From NCBI GenBank assembly GCA_963816145.1, contig CAWFJP010000009.1, positions 64,001 to 128,000 on the forward strand: DNA of 64,000 bases, in the 5' to 3' direction. Below, piece by piece: positions 20,636-30,410 of this stretch. How positions within the stretch are numbered: the stretch's first letter is position 1; every line of letters starts with the position of its first letter. The position numbers and the translations under genes were made by a program. This DNA comes from an uncultured delta proteobacterium (GTDB lineage Bacteria > Desulfobacterota > Binatia > UBA9968). The notes below the pieces were generated by a model, which saw only the letters and a program-made list of their open reading frames with translations, ran no database searches and had not been told where the DNA came from.

Positions 20636-21140
20636 ATGTCGGAGTCTTTATTCCTTCCCCCGACTCGGGGGAAGGCTAGGATGGGGGGCGTGGCCACTAC
20701 AATCCAGAAAGCGCGTACGTTAAGAAGCAATTTGACGGATGCGGAACAGTTTCTCTGGCGGCGCTTGCGATTGCGTCAACTCGATGGCCACAAATTTAGA
20801 CGACAACGACCACTTGGACCATACATCGTCGATTTTGTCTGTTTGGAGAAAAAATTAGTAATCGAAGTCGATGGTGGCCAGCATAGCGACAATAAAGTCT
20901 ACGATTCGAGAAGCGCGATCGACTGGACTTAAGACACAAGGTTATCGAATCGTAAGATTTTGGAACAACGAAGTGCTGAAAAACATCGAAGGTGTGATCG
21001 AGATTATTCAGTGTGCTGCGAATGAACCCCCACCTGTATCCTCCCCCGGTTTCGGGGGAGGAAGGTACACCCGTGGCGCGGTGCTAGATAAGCTTGGCGG
21101 GAGTAAATCTATGACAAAGCGGAGTCTTAATAAGCGATGA
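20636..21140 (+). CDS. DUF559 (Vsr/PD-(D/E)xK-like) endonuclease-domain protein (one +1 frameshift near 20927)
   Basis: ARTLRSNLTDAEQFLWRRLR, KFRRQRPLGPYIVDF, LVIEVDGGQH. Removing A20927 continues DWLKTQGYRIVRFWNNEVL. True start may be 20681 or 20690. Confidence 0.85.
20651..20688 (-). repeat. C/G-rich REP-like palindrome, copy b
   Basis: TTCCTTCCCCCGACTCGGGGGAAGGCTAGGATGGGGGG; inverted relative to the copy at 21027. Confidence 0.7.
21027..21064 (+). repeat. C/G-rich REP-like palindrome, copy c
   Basis: CCCCCACCTGTATCCTCCCCCGGTTTCGGGGGAGGAAG. Confidence 0.75.
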
Positions 21141-22202
21141 ACCTCACCTCAAACCTAATCGAAGTCGAAGATAGTTGGGAAGCGGTCAATGACTGGTTCT
21201 TGAAGGAAAAGCTCAGCGACGGCTTGCCCATCGTGCCGCCGACGGCGGCGCGGGTGGAGAAAATGCTCGCGGCGACGGCGCGCGATCCGGCGCAGGTCAT
21301 TGGGCCGATTCCGCCGAAGTGGGCGCCTTGCTCGATCGAGAAGATCGCCATTAACGCCGTCATGGCGGGCTGTTTGCCGGAATATTTGCCGGTGATCATC
21401 GCCGCGGTGGAAGCGATCTGCGAGCCGCGCTTCAATCTTTACGGCGTCCAGGCGACCACCGGTTACGTCGGCCCGGCGCTGCTGCTCAATGGACCGATTC
21501 GCACGGCGCTGAACGTCAACTGCGACTCGGGAGTGTTCGGTCCTGGTTTTCGATCCAATGCGACCATCGGCCGGGCGATTCGCTTGATTCTCATCACGGT
21601 GGGCGGCGGCTATCCCGGCGATACCGATCGCTCTACTTTCGGCTGGCCGGGAAAGTATACCATGTGTTTCGGCGAGAACCAGGAGAAAAGTCCCTGGGAA
21701 CCCTATCACGTCGAGTTCGGTTTCAAACCTGACGAGAGCACGGTCACGGTCTTCGGCATCAACGGATTTCTGCCGATCCACACCGCCGGCAATCGCGGCG
21801 AGCAGGCGCTGGCTTCATTGGCCGAAGTGATCAGGATGCATCATGGTGTCAGCCATCTGGACGTCGGCAGCTTCGGCGGTGGTACGCCGCTGATCGCGCT
21901 GGGCATCGAGGACGCCGAGATCATGGCGCGGGACGGTATCACCAAGAAGCAGGTCAAAGATTATCTCTGGGAGCATGCGTCGCTCAAGTTCGAAGAAATC
22001 CCGGCGCGGCGCAAAGGGCACAAGTCCGATGACGAATTGATGCGCGAGTCGATCAACATGACGCCGGACGGCGTGGTGCATCTATCCGACCAAGGCGGAA
22101 GACATCATGGTGATCGTCATCGGCGGCAAGCATCGCCATTCGGTGTTTCTGCCGATGTGGACGGGGCGCAATACGTTGTGTGTGATCAAAGGAATTGAGT
22201 AA
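21137..22202 (+). CDS. Conserved uncharacterised protein, probable UGSC partner (one +1 frameshift near 22086)
   Basis: SDGLPIVPPT, EKIAINAVMAGC, GVQATT, NGPI, NATIGRA, ENQEKSPWEP. Removing one C restores HLSTKAEDIMVIVIGGKHRHSVFLPMW...IE*. Confidence 0.75.
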
Positions 22203-22219
22203 GGCGTCAGGAGTAAAGG

Positions 22220-23239
22220 GTGAGGCGTAAGGCGTTAGGAGTGAGGAGTCGCGAGTTGGGGCGGGCACTGCTCGCTCTATCCTTTGTCTTAGTGCAATGC
22301 GCCATCGCTAGCCTGGCACCAGCCCAGGAAAAGGTTCGTTTCCCCATCGGGGCTTCTTCGAAGACCTTCAGTTATGGACCGTTGTGGCTGGCGCAGAAGC
22401 TCGGTTACTTCGAGCGCGAGGGGTTGGACGTACAGATAGTCGTCATGCGCGGCACGCCGATCACGCTGCAAGCGCTTGCGACCGAGTCGATTTATGCCGC
22501 TAATGCCGGCACCGATGGTGTCATTACGGCCGTGGATAAAGGTTTGGATTTCGCCATGGTCGGTAGCTTGCTCAACAACCTGAGCATGAGCCTGGTCGCC
22601 GCCAAGCCGTACAAGACTTTCGACGATCTGCGCGGCAAGACTATCGGTTCGCAAACCCTCACCACGGGCACCGGGTTTGCGCTGCGCTTGGTGTTGCGCG
22701 CGCATGGGCTTGAATACCCGCGCGACTACCAGATTTTTAATGTCGGCGGCGTCACTGACCGCTATCTCGCGCTGCAATCCGGACAAATCGCCGCGACGCC
22801 GCTGAGCGTGCCGCTCGATAACGACGCCAAACAAAAGGGGTTCAATGTCATAGGTTACTTCGCCGACGATCTACCGACTTATTTTTTCAATCCCTATATC
22901 GTCAAGCGCTCTTGGGCCGAGAAAAATCGACCGCTAGTGGTGCGCTATATGAAGACGATCACGCAAACCCACCGCTGGCTGTTCGACAACCGCGACCCGG
23001 CCTGCGCGTATCTGGCGAAGGAAATGTCGATGACCGTGGAGAACTGCCGTATTGCCTGGGAATACAGCGTCAAGAATCGCGTGTGGGATCGCAACGCCGA
23101 GCTCAATGTGGACGGCGTGCGCACCATGATCAAGATCGTCGCCGAGATCAACGGCCAGAAGGAGCCGCTGGCACAGCCGGCGAAATATATCGATCCGAGT
23201 TATTTGAAGCAAGCGCTGGGAGAGTTGGCGAAGAAGTAA
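22220..23239 (+). CDS. ABC-type solute-binding protein, SsuA/THI5-like
   Basis: Signal peptide, YGPLWLAQKLGYFEREGL, DLRGKTIG, KYIDPSYL. Confidence 0.88.
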   Translation: MRRKALGVRSRELGRALLALSFVLVQCAIASLAPAQEKVRFPIGASSKTFSYGPLWLAQKLGYFEREGLDVQIVVMRGTPITLQALATESIYAANAGTDGVITAVDKGLDFAMVGSLLNNLSMSLVAAKPYKTFDDLRGKTIGSQTLTTGTGFALRLVLRAHGLEYPRDYQIFNVGGVTDRYLALQSGQIAATPLSVPLDNDAKQKGFNVIGYFADDLPTYFFNPYIVKRSWAEKNRPLVVRYMKTITQTHRWLFDNRDPACAYLAKEMSMTVENCRIAWEYSVKNRVWDRNAELNVDGVRTMIKIVAEINGQKEPLAQPAKYIDPSYLKQALGELAKK

Positions 23240-23278
23240 GATAGTCAGGAGCAAGTAGTCAGGAGTTAGGAGTTTCAG

Positions 23279-24259
23279 ATGATGAGACGAATCGTCGCCG
23301 GCTGCTTACTAATGTTCGGTCTGCTCGCGGGACGTATCGACGCCCAGGAAAGGTTTCGCTTCCCCATCGGCGAGTCATCGAAGACCTTGAGCTATGGGCC
23401 ACTGTGGGTGGCGGCGAAGATGGGTTTCTTTGAGAAGGAGGGGTTAGAAGTTCCGATCGTTACCATGCGCGGTTCGCCCCTGACCATTCAAGCGCTGACG
23501 GCCGATTCCATTTACGTCGCCAGCGCCACCGTCGACACGCTCATCAACGCGTACGAGAGAGGCGCGGATATCACCATGATCGGCGGCTTGATCAATGGAC
23601 TTGGGTTGAGCATGATCGGCGCCAAGCAGTACAAGACCTACGGAGACCTGCGCGGCACGACTATCGGTTCCCAGACGCTAACCTCCGGCACCGGCTTCGC
23701 CCTGCGGCTGGTGATGAAAGTCCACGGCCTTGAATATCCGCGAGACTATAAGCTCCTGAACATCGGCAGCGCGCCGGATCGCTTTCGGGCGTTGGCTTCG
23801 GGGCAGATCTCATCCGCGCCCGTGGGTGTGCCACTCGACCTCGTCGCAAAGCAACAAGGTTTCAACATCATCGGCTATTTCGCCGACGATCAGCCCAATT
23901 TTCAGTTCAACGTCTATATCGTCAAGCGTTCTTGGGCGGAAAAAAACCGGACGTTGGTGGTGCGCTTCATGAAAGCGATGGTCGCGACGATGCGTTGGAT
24001 GGCTGACAACCGCGACGCGGCCTGTGCTTATCTGACCAAGGAGATGTCCATCGGCATGGACGATTGCCGCTATGCCTACGATTATAACTGGAAAAACCGT
24101 ATATGGGATCGCAATGCCGATCTCAACGTCGAAGGCGTGCGCACGATCATCAATTTAACCGCGGACCAAGGGGTCTTGAAAGAGCCTCTGCCCCAACCGT
24201 CGAAATACGTCGATCCCAGCTATCTCAAACAGGCCCTCGCGGAAGTGGGCAAGCCGTGA
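23279..24259 (+). CDS. ABC-type solute-binding protein, SsuA/THI5-like (tandem paralog of preceding gene)
   Basis: Shares RFPIG.SSKT.SYGPLW, GSQTLT.GTGFALRLV, HGLEYPRDY and WDRNA.LNV.GVRT with 22220-23239. Confidence 0.88.
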   Translation: MMRRIVAGCLLMFGLLAGRIDAQERFRFPIGESSKTLSYGPLWVAAKMGFFEKEGLEVPIVTMRGSPLTIQALTADSIYVASATVDTLINAYERGADITMIGGLINGLGLSMIGAKQYKTYGDLRGTTIGSQTLTSGTGFALRLVMKVHGLEYPRDYKLLNIGSAPDRFRALASGQISSAPVGVPLDLVAKQQGFNIIGYFADDQPNFQFNVYIVKRSWAEKNRTLVVRFMKAMVATMRWMADNRDAACAYLTKEMSIGMDDCRYAYDYNWKNRIWDRNADLNVEGVRTIINLTADQGVLKEPLPQPSKYVDPSYLKQALAEVGKP

Positions 24260-24308
24260 AAGGTGAGGCGAGCAACTTGAGGCGCGAGACAGAAAAATAG
24301 GAGTAAGT

Positions 24309-25310
24309 ATGGATAAGTCAATTCGCTTGGCTGCTTTGATTTCGTTATTGAGCGTGGCATCTCTGGCCGCTTCTGTCAGCGCCCAGGACAAGATTCGCAT
24401 GGGCTTGAGTTCGGTGAGCGGGTTACACACCGCTGTCTGGGTGGCTGAAACAAAAGGGCTCTTTCGTAAACACGGATTGGATGTCGAAGTGATCGTCACC
24501 GGCCAGGGCGGCACTGCGGGCATTAGCGCGCTAATTGCGAACGACGTGCAAATGGTGAACTCAGCCGGCGATGTCTTGGTCGCGGCTGCACTGCGCGGCG
24601 GCGATACCGTGATGGTCGCCGGTGTCGTCAACAAGGGGCTGCAGCGGTTGATCACCAAGCCCGACATAAAAACTCCCGCGGATCTAAAGGGCAAACGAGT
24701 CGGCGTCACCCGCATTGGCGCGGTGTCCCATTCCGTGTTGTTGATGATGCTGCAGCGCTGGAAGATGAGCGTCAACGACGTCCAGGTCATGCAGCTCGGC
24801 TCGTCGCCGAGCATGCTGGCGACCCTGGACAAGGGAGGCATCGAAGGAGCTGTGGTGACGATTCCTTCGATGTTCGTCGCCGAAGACCGCGGATATCGAG
24901 TGTTGCTCGATATGGCCGATACCGACATTTACTATTTGCATACGATGGTCGCGACAACGCGCCAATACATCAAAAATAATCGCGACAAGGTGCTGCGCTT
25001 TCTCAAGGGTTATGTCGAAGGAATTGCGTTTGTCAAACATAACAGGCAGGAAAGTGTGGACATCGTCAAGAAGAAGCTTCGCATCGGTCCCGAGCAGGAG
25101 AAGACTCTGGAACGCTCGATAGATTTATTAGTCGCGAAATACTACGAGTCGGTGCCCTATCCATCGTTGCGCGGCGTTGAAACGGTGCTCGGCTTCATCG
25201 AAAAGGACAATCCCAAGGCGAAGACCGCCGATCCGAAGTCGTTCGTCGACGACAGTTTGCTGCGCGAGATCGAGCAGAGCGGGTTTGTGAAGACGCTTTA
25301 TGCGAAATAG
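24309..25310 (+). CDS. ABC-type solute-binding protein, SsuA/THI5-like
   Basis: Signal peptide, GLFRKHGLDVE, DLKGKRVGVTRIG, REIEQSGFVKTLY. Confidence 0.88.
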   Translation: MDKSIRLAALISLLSVASLAASVSAQDKIRMGLSSVSGLHTAVWVAETKGLFRKHGLDVEVIVTGQGGTAGISALIANDVQMVNSAGDVLVAAALRGGDTVMVAGVVNKGLQRLITKPDIKTPADLKGKRVGVTRIGAVSHSVLLMMLQRWKMSVNDVQVMQLGSSPSMLATLDKGGIEGAVVTIPSMFVAEDRGYRVLLDMADTDIYYLHTMVATTRQYIKNNRDKVLRFLKGYVEGIAFVKHNRQESVDIVKKKLRIGPEQEKTLERSIDLLVAKYYESVPYPSLRGVETVLGFIEKDNPKAKTADPKSFVDDSLLREIEQSGFVKTLYAK

Positions 25311-25343
25311 CGCTTGCCGAGGGAAACTATTACTGTAATCCGC

Positions 25344-25374
25344 TTGACAGCTTCCCAACGGCTCGAATAAGAAT
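25344..25374 (+). promoter_or_regulatory. Possible sigma70-type promoter
   Basis: Perfect TTGACA at 25344 and TAAGAAT about 18 nt later, upstream of the AGGAGG RBS of ech. The -10 match is imperfect. Confidence 0.35.
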
Positions 25375-25403
25375 TGAATAAATTAACCTAGGAGGTACGA
25401 AAA

Positions 25404-26243
25404 GTGGCTGCAACATTATGGAAAGAATATAAGACCGTTAGGGTTGAAAAAGAAGACGGGACGACCTGGTGTATTCTCAATCGGCCTGAGAAAAGAAACG
25501 CCATGAACCCGCAGCTTCATTATGACATGCTCGAAGCCCTGACCGAACTGGAAGTCGACAAGGAAACTCAGGTGCTGGTGCTGACCGGAGCCGGGCCGAG
25601 CTGGTGCGCCGGCCAGGACTTGCGCGAATATTTCCGCGGGACGGATAACAATGCCCTTGAGCGGCGCAAAGCCAGCTGGGCGTCGCAAGAATGGCGCTGG
25701 CGCCGGCTGTTCTATTTTCCCAAGCCGACCATTGCCATGGTCAACGGCTTTTGCTTCGGCGGCGCGTTCACGCCGCTGATCGCTTGCGACTTTGCGATTG
25801 CTGCTGAAGATGCGACCTTCGGCTTGAGCGAAATCAATTGGGGTATTTTCCCGGGCGGGTTGGTCAGCCGCGTGTTGGCGGACGCCATGAGTTATCGCGA
25901 CGCCATGTGGTACATCATGACCGGCGATCCTTTTGACGGCAAAAGAGCCGCGGAAGTGAAGTTGGTCAATTTTGCCGTGCCGAAAGACAAGCTGCGCGAA
26001 GAGACCATGAAGCTCGCCGACAAGCTGAAGAAGAAGAATCCTCAGGTGCTGCGCGCTGCTAAGGAAGTCTACAAACACTGCCGCACCATGGAATACAGCC
26101 AGGCCGAAGAATACATGTCGGCCAAGGGAACGGCGCTGCGTCTCACCGACCCGGAAAAGGGGCGCGAGACCGGCATGGAGCAGTTCCTCGACAAAAAGAC
26201 CTACCGTCCAGGCTTGGGCGAGTACAAGCGGGACGCGAAGTAG
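25404..26243 (+). CDS. ech: p-hydroxycinnamoyl-CoA hydratase/lyase (feruloyl-CoA hydratase-lyase, crotonase fold)
   Basis: HCHL-diagnostic motifs AGQDLREYFR, SQEWRWRRL, CFGGAFTPLIACD, FGLSEINWGIFPG, QFLDKKTYRPGLGEY. Confidence 0.88.
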   Translation: MAATLWKEYKTVRVEKEDGTTWCILNRPEKRNAMNPQLHYDMLEALTELEVDKETQVLVLTGAGPSWCAGQDLREYFRGTDNNALERRKASWASQEWRWRRLFYFPKPTIAMVNGFCFGGAFTPLIACDFAIAAEDATFGLSEINWGIFPGGLVSRVLADAMSYRDAMWYIMTGDPFDGKRAAEVKLVNFAVPKDKLREETMKLADKLKKKNPQVLRAAKEVYKHCRTMEYSQAEEYMSAKGTALRLTDPEKGRETGMEQFLDKKTYRPGLGEYKRDAK

Positions 26244-26379
26244 TTAGAGAGGATAATGGAAAACAGAATGGGGAAGTCGGAGGGAATTGCTGATGTACGT
26301 GAGCAGGGTTTCCGAATTATCTATTCTTTTCATTATCCTACTCCTGATCATTCTGAAGTCTATTTACCGAGTGACCACG

Positions 26380-27540
26380 ATGGATTTCAATCTTCCCGAA
26401 GAGCTGCAGCTTTTAAAAGACACGGTTCGTAAATTCGTCGACCGCGAGCTGATTCCGCTGGAGCGAGAGTGCCGGCCGGAAGGCGAGGACATGCCGGAGC
26501 AGTTTATTAAACCGCTCCAGGAAAAGGCCAAGGCGATCGGCCTCTGGCTGCTCGACGTGCCCCAAGAATACGGCGGTGCCGGGCTCGACCTGATGAGCCG
26601 CTGCGTGATCATGGAAGAGGTCGCGCGCACCATCGCGATTCCGTTTCGCTACGCGCCGATCTTCGGGCCGGAAGTGCGGCCGGTGCTATTTCACTGCAAC
26701 GACGAACAGAAAAAGCGTTTCCTGCAGCCGGTGATCGACGGTAAAATCAAAATTTGCTTTGCCCAGACCGAGCCCGATGCGGGAAGCGATCCGGCCGGCA
26801 TGAAGACCCGGGCAATCAAAGACGGTGACTCCTACGTCATCAACGGCACTAAAAGATTTATCACCGGCGCCAAGAGCGCCGATTACGCCCAGGTCATCGC
26901 GGTCACCGATCCGGCCAAGGGCGCGCGCGGCGGCGTGAGTTGTTTCATGGTCAGCATGAAGGCGCCCGGCGTGACGCTGGAAAAATTGTGGCCAACCATG
27001 ATGGGCGACACCCCGGGACAAATTCATTTTGAAAATGTCCGCGTATCGGCGGCCGATATGATCGGCGGCGAGGGACAGGGCTTTTCCATCGCGCAGAAGT
27101 GGATCGAAGAGGGGCGCGTGCGCGGCCACGGCGCACGGCCGGTGGGTATCGCTTCGCGCGCCCTCGACATGATGATCGAATACTCAAAAGTGCGCACGAC
27201 CTTCGGCCAGCCGCTGGCCAATCGCCAAGCGATTCAATTCATGATCGCCGACTCGGCGATGGAGCTGCACGCTTGCCGTTTGATGGTTTACGAATGCGCC
27301 TGGCGCCATGACCGCGGCGAAGATATTCGCCAACTCTCTTACATGACGAAGATCCAGTGCGCCGAGATGGCCAGCCGCGTGGTCGACCGCTCGATCCAGG
27401 TCCACGGCGGTCTAGGCCTCATGCGCGAACTGCCGTTGGAATGGTGGTACCGCCAAGTGCGCAGCCTGCGCATCACCGAAGGCACGCCGGAAGTGCTGCG
27501 CTGGCGGCTGGCGGAGCATATCATCAGAAATCACAAGTGA
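26380..27540 (+). CDS. Acyl-CoA dehydrogenase
   Basis: MDFNLPEE, FAQTEPDAGSD, INGTKRFIT, RTTFGQPLANRQAIQ, QVHGGLG, RITEGTPEV. Confidence 0.93.
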   Translation: MDFNLPEELQLLKDTVRKFVDRELIPLERECRPEGEDMPEQFIKPLQEKAKAIGLWLLDVPQEYGGAGLDLMSRCVIMEEVARTIAIPFRYAPIFGPEVRPVLFHCNDEQKKRFLQPVIDGKIKICFAQTEPDAGSDPAGMKTRAIKDGDSYVINGTKRFITGAKSADYAQVIAVTDPAKGARGGVSCFMVSMKAPGVTLEKLWPTMMGDTPGQIHFENVRVSAADMIGGEGQGFSIAQKWIEEGRVRGHGARPVGIASRALDMMIEYSKVRTTFGQPLANRQAIQFMIADSAMELHACRLMVYECAWRHDRGEDIRQLSYMTKIQCAEMASRVVDRSIQVHGGLGLMRELPLEWWYRQVRSLRITEGTPEVLRWRLAEHIIRNHK

Positions 27541-27552
27541 CGAAGTTCGGGT

Positions 27553-27612
27553 CGAGGATGGAGGATTGAAGATTGACGATAGCCATCCTCGATCCTCCAT
27601 CATCCATCCTCG
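27553..27612. repeat. Inverted heptamer-type repeat
   Basis: GAGGATG GAGGATT GAAGATT GACGATA / CATCCTC GATCCTC CATCATC CATCCTC. Confidence 0.7.
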
Positions 27613-27649
27613 AAGTCGGTATCATTAATGCTTCGATCAAACCCTGCAC

Positions 27650-28860
27650 ATGATTGAAATCGACAACACCACATCGCTTCTCTCCGGCTACCGTGTCCTC
27701 GACTTGAGTTCGTCCATGGGATCGTTTTGCGGCAAGGTGCTGCGTGATCTGGGCATGAACGTGATCAAGATCGAGCCGCCCGGCGGCGATGCCGGCCGGT
27801 TGGAACCGCCGTTTGCCAAAGGTCATGCGCACCGCGAGGGCAGTTTGCGGTTCGCCTATCTCAATGCCGGTAAGAAGAGCGTCACCCTCGATATCGCCAA
27901 GGACAGCGGGCGCAAAATCTTTCTCGATCTGGTGGCGAAATCGGATATTGTCCTTGAAACCTTCGAGCCGGGCGAGCTCGCCGCGCGCGGTCTCGGCTAC
28001 GCGCAGCTGCTAGAAAAGCAGAGCAAGTTGATCCTGGTTTCGCTCACTGGTTTCGGCCAGGACGGGCCCTACGCCCATTACAAAGCGCCGGACATCGTCG
28101 GCAACGCCATGGGCGCGCTGCTTTACATCAGCGGCGATCCGAAGATGACGCCGTGCAATCCGCCGGAGACCCAGGCGTACTATTATGCGAGCTTGATGGC
28201 GTGCTATGGCACGATGCTGGCGCTGTGGCAGCGCGAGATGCGCGGCATCGGCGCGTGGATCGACGGCTCGGTGCAGGCGAGCATGGCGCTGCACGAGCAT
28301 GTGGCCTTCAACTACGCGGCGGAGAAGCGTGTCATGAAACGCGCCGGCAGCCAGCACCAGCACAACGCGCCGGCGAATCTATTCCAGTGCAAGAACGGCT
28401 GGATCGCGCTCTTTGTCACGCAAACTCATTGGCCGCTGCTGCTCAAAGTTTGGGACAATCACGAGCCGGGGCTGGACGATCCCAAGTGGATCAACAGCAA
28501 TCTGCGGCGCAAGGAAGCCGACTACATCAACGCTCAGGTGACCTCTTTCACGATGCGTTATACCAAGGAAGATCTCGCCGAGCTGATGCAAAAAAACGGC
28601 ATCCCCGGTTTACCGGTGAATTCGCCGGCGGATTTCATGAAGGACCCGCATATCCAGGCGCGCAACTTCTTTAGCCAGGTGACCCATCCGGTGCTGGGCA
28701 CGTTTAACGCGCCAGGGAGTTTCTTCACCGTGGACAGCAAACGCGCCGCGCCCGCTCCGGCGCCGCTTTTGGGACAACATAATCATCGGAGGTGCTCGGC
28801 GGCGAGTTGGGGTTCAGCGCCGAGAAGCTGGCCGCGCTGACGGCGGAAAGAATAATCTAG
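27650..28860 (+). CDS. Family III (CaiB/BaiF) CoA-transferase subunit, catalytic Asp apparently absent (frameshift near 28787)
   Basis: LSGYRVLDL, VIKIEPPGGD, NAGKKSVTLD, GFGQDGPY, APLLGQHN. The alternate frame supplies EVLGGELGFSAEKLAALTAERII*. Confidence 0.88.
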
Positions 28861-28861
28861 A

Positions 28862-28975
28862 AAATGGATAATGGATAATTGAGAATGGATAACGTGAAGA
28901 GCAAATCGGATCGAGCTGAGTAAGTTCAATTGAGCTGTCCGAAAATTATCAATTCTCCATTATCCATTTTCAATT
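28862..28975. repeat. Inverted heptamer-type repeat
   Basis: AATGGAT AATGGAT AATTGAG AATGGAT ... TTATCAATTCTCCATTATCCATTTTCAATT. Confidence 0.7.
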
Positions 28976-28983
28976 AATCAGAA

Positions 28984-30198
28984 ATGACTACAGCAAACGA
29001 AATACTCAAAGGCGTGCGCATATTGGCTTTCACCACCGGCTACGCCGGCCCCTACGCCGGCAGGTTGCTGGCCAACTATGGCGCCGAGGTGATCAAGATC
29101 GAGTCGCGCAAGGGAGGACTCGATACCTTTCGCCACTACGGTCAGCATAAGGACATCGACGAGGCGCCGCGCTTCATCGAGTGCAATCTGGGCGTGCGTT
29201 CTTTGGCGATCAATCTGAAAAATCCCACGGGCGCTAAACTGATCCGCGAGCTCGCCGGAAAATCGCATGCGATCTTGCAGAATTTTCGTCCTAGAGTGTT
29301 GGATAAACTCGGTTTGGGGGATGAGGAGCTGCGCAAAATTAATCCTAAGCTTGTGATTGTGAAATTGCCTGGGTTCGGCACCGAAGGACCCAAGAGCAGC
29401 TACGGGACGTGGGGCTTCAATCTTACGGCTTTCTCCGGCATCACCTATTTATGGAATCATCCCGAGCAGGACCGGCCGATCGGCAGCCAGGGCGTCTATC
29501 CCGATCATCTAGGCTTCGTTCTTGGGCCGACCATGATGATCGCGGCGCTTTTGAATAGCCGGCGCAGCGGCAAAGGCGTGACCATCGACCTGGCGCAAAT
29601 CGAAGGCACCGCAGCAGTGTTGGGCACGACTTATCTGGAAACTTCGGTGAACGGCGACGATCCCAAACCCCGGGGCAATCATTATGCATTGGCCGCGCCC
29701 CACGGCGTCTACCGCTGCCAGGGCGACGACCGTTGGTGTGTGATCTCGGTGCGCGACGATACCGAGTGGCGGAACTTTTGCCGCGTCATTGGCCGGGCTG
29801 AATTGGTGAGCGATGGGCGCTTTACCTCGCTTCAATCACGTATCGACAACCGCACTGAACTCGACGGCATTGTCAGCGCATGGACCGCGAGGCGCCCGGC
29901 GGAAGAGGTGATGACCAAGTGTCAGTCCGCCGGCGTGCCGGCCAGCGTCGTCCAATCCGGCGCGGATTTGCTGAAAGATCCGCAGCTGCGCCATCGCAAT
30001 TATTTCTCGGCGTTTCCCGAATCGCTGATCGGCCCTTTCGAAATACCGCGCAGTGGTTTTGTCTTCAAAGGCGTGCCGGAAGATCCGCTTAAATTGCCGG
30101 CGCGCTTCGGGTCGGACAACGATCAGATTCTTGGCGAGCTTTTAGGCTACGACAAAGCGACCATCGAGCAGTGGCGCCAGGAAGAAGTGCTGGCCTAG
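28984..30198 (+). CDS. Family III (CaiB/BaiF) CoA-transferase, catalytic subunit
   Basis: LKGVRILAFT, AGPYAGRLLANYGAEVIKIES, NFRP, GVYPDH (catalytic Asp position), DPQLRHR. Confidence 0.9.
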   Translation: MTTANEILKGVRILAFTTGYAGPYAGRLLANYGAEVIKIESRKGGLDTFRHYGQHKDIDEAPRFIECNLGVRSLAINLKNPTGAKLIRELAGKSHAILQNFRPRVLDKLGLGDEELRKINPKLVIVKLPGFGTEGPKSSYGTWGFNLTAFSGITYLWNHPEQDRPIGSQGVYPDHLGFVLGPTMMIAALLNSRRSGKGVTIDLAQIEGTAAVLGTTYLETSVNGDDPKPRGNHYALAAPHGVYRCQGDDRWCVISVRDDTEWRNFCRVIGRAELVSDGRFTSLQSRIDNRTELDGIVSAWTARRPAEEVMTKCQSAGVPASVVQSGADLLKDPQLRHRNYFSAFPESLIGPFEIPRSGFVFKGVPEDPLKLPARFGSDNDQILGELLGYDKATIEQWRQEEVLA

Positions 30199-30254
30199 AT
30201 TTTTCGGGTCTTCAGGTGTTTTTGTGGCTTATGTTTCACGTTCGGTTTGTTTTG

Positions 30255-30338
30255 TTCACCACGAAGAGCACGAAGGACACGAAGGGTTAGGAAAATTAAG
30301 ACTCCGAACTTCGCGATCTTCGTGTCCTTCGTGGTGAA
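30255..30338. repeat. Palindromic CACCACGAAG element, copy 1
   Basis: TTCACCACGAAGAGCACGAAGGACACGAAG...CTTCGCGATCTTCGTGTCCTTCGTGGTGAA. Confidence 0.85.
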
Positions 30339-30410
30339 ATCATCCTTACAGTAAACCCGGAAGAAGCAATCCATTTAGCTACTGTTCTTAGCCCATCGGG
30401 AGGAGGAACC

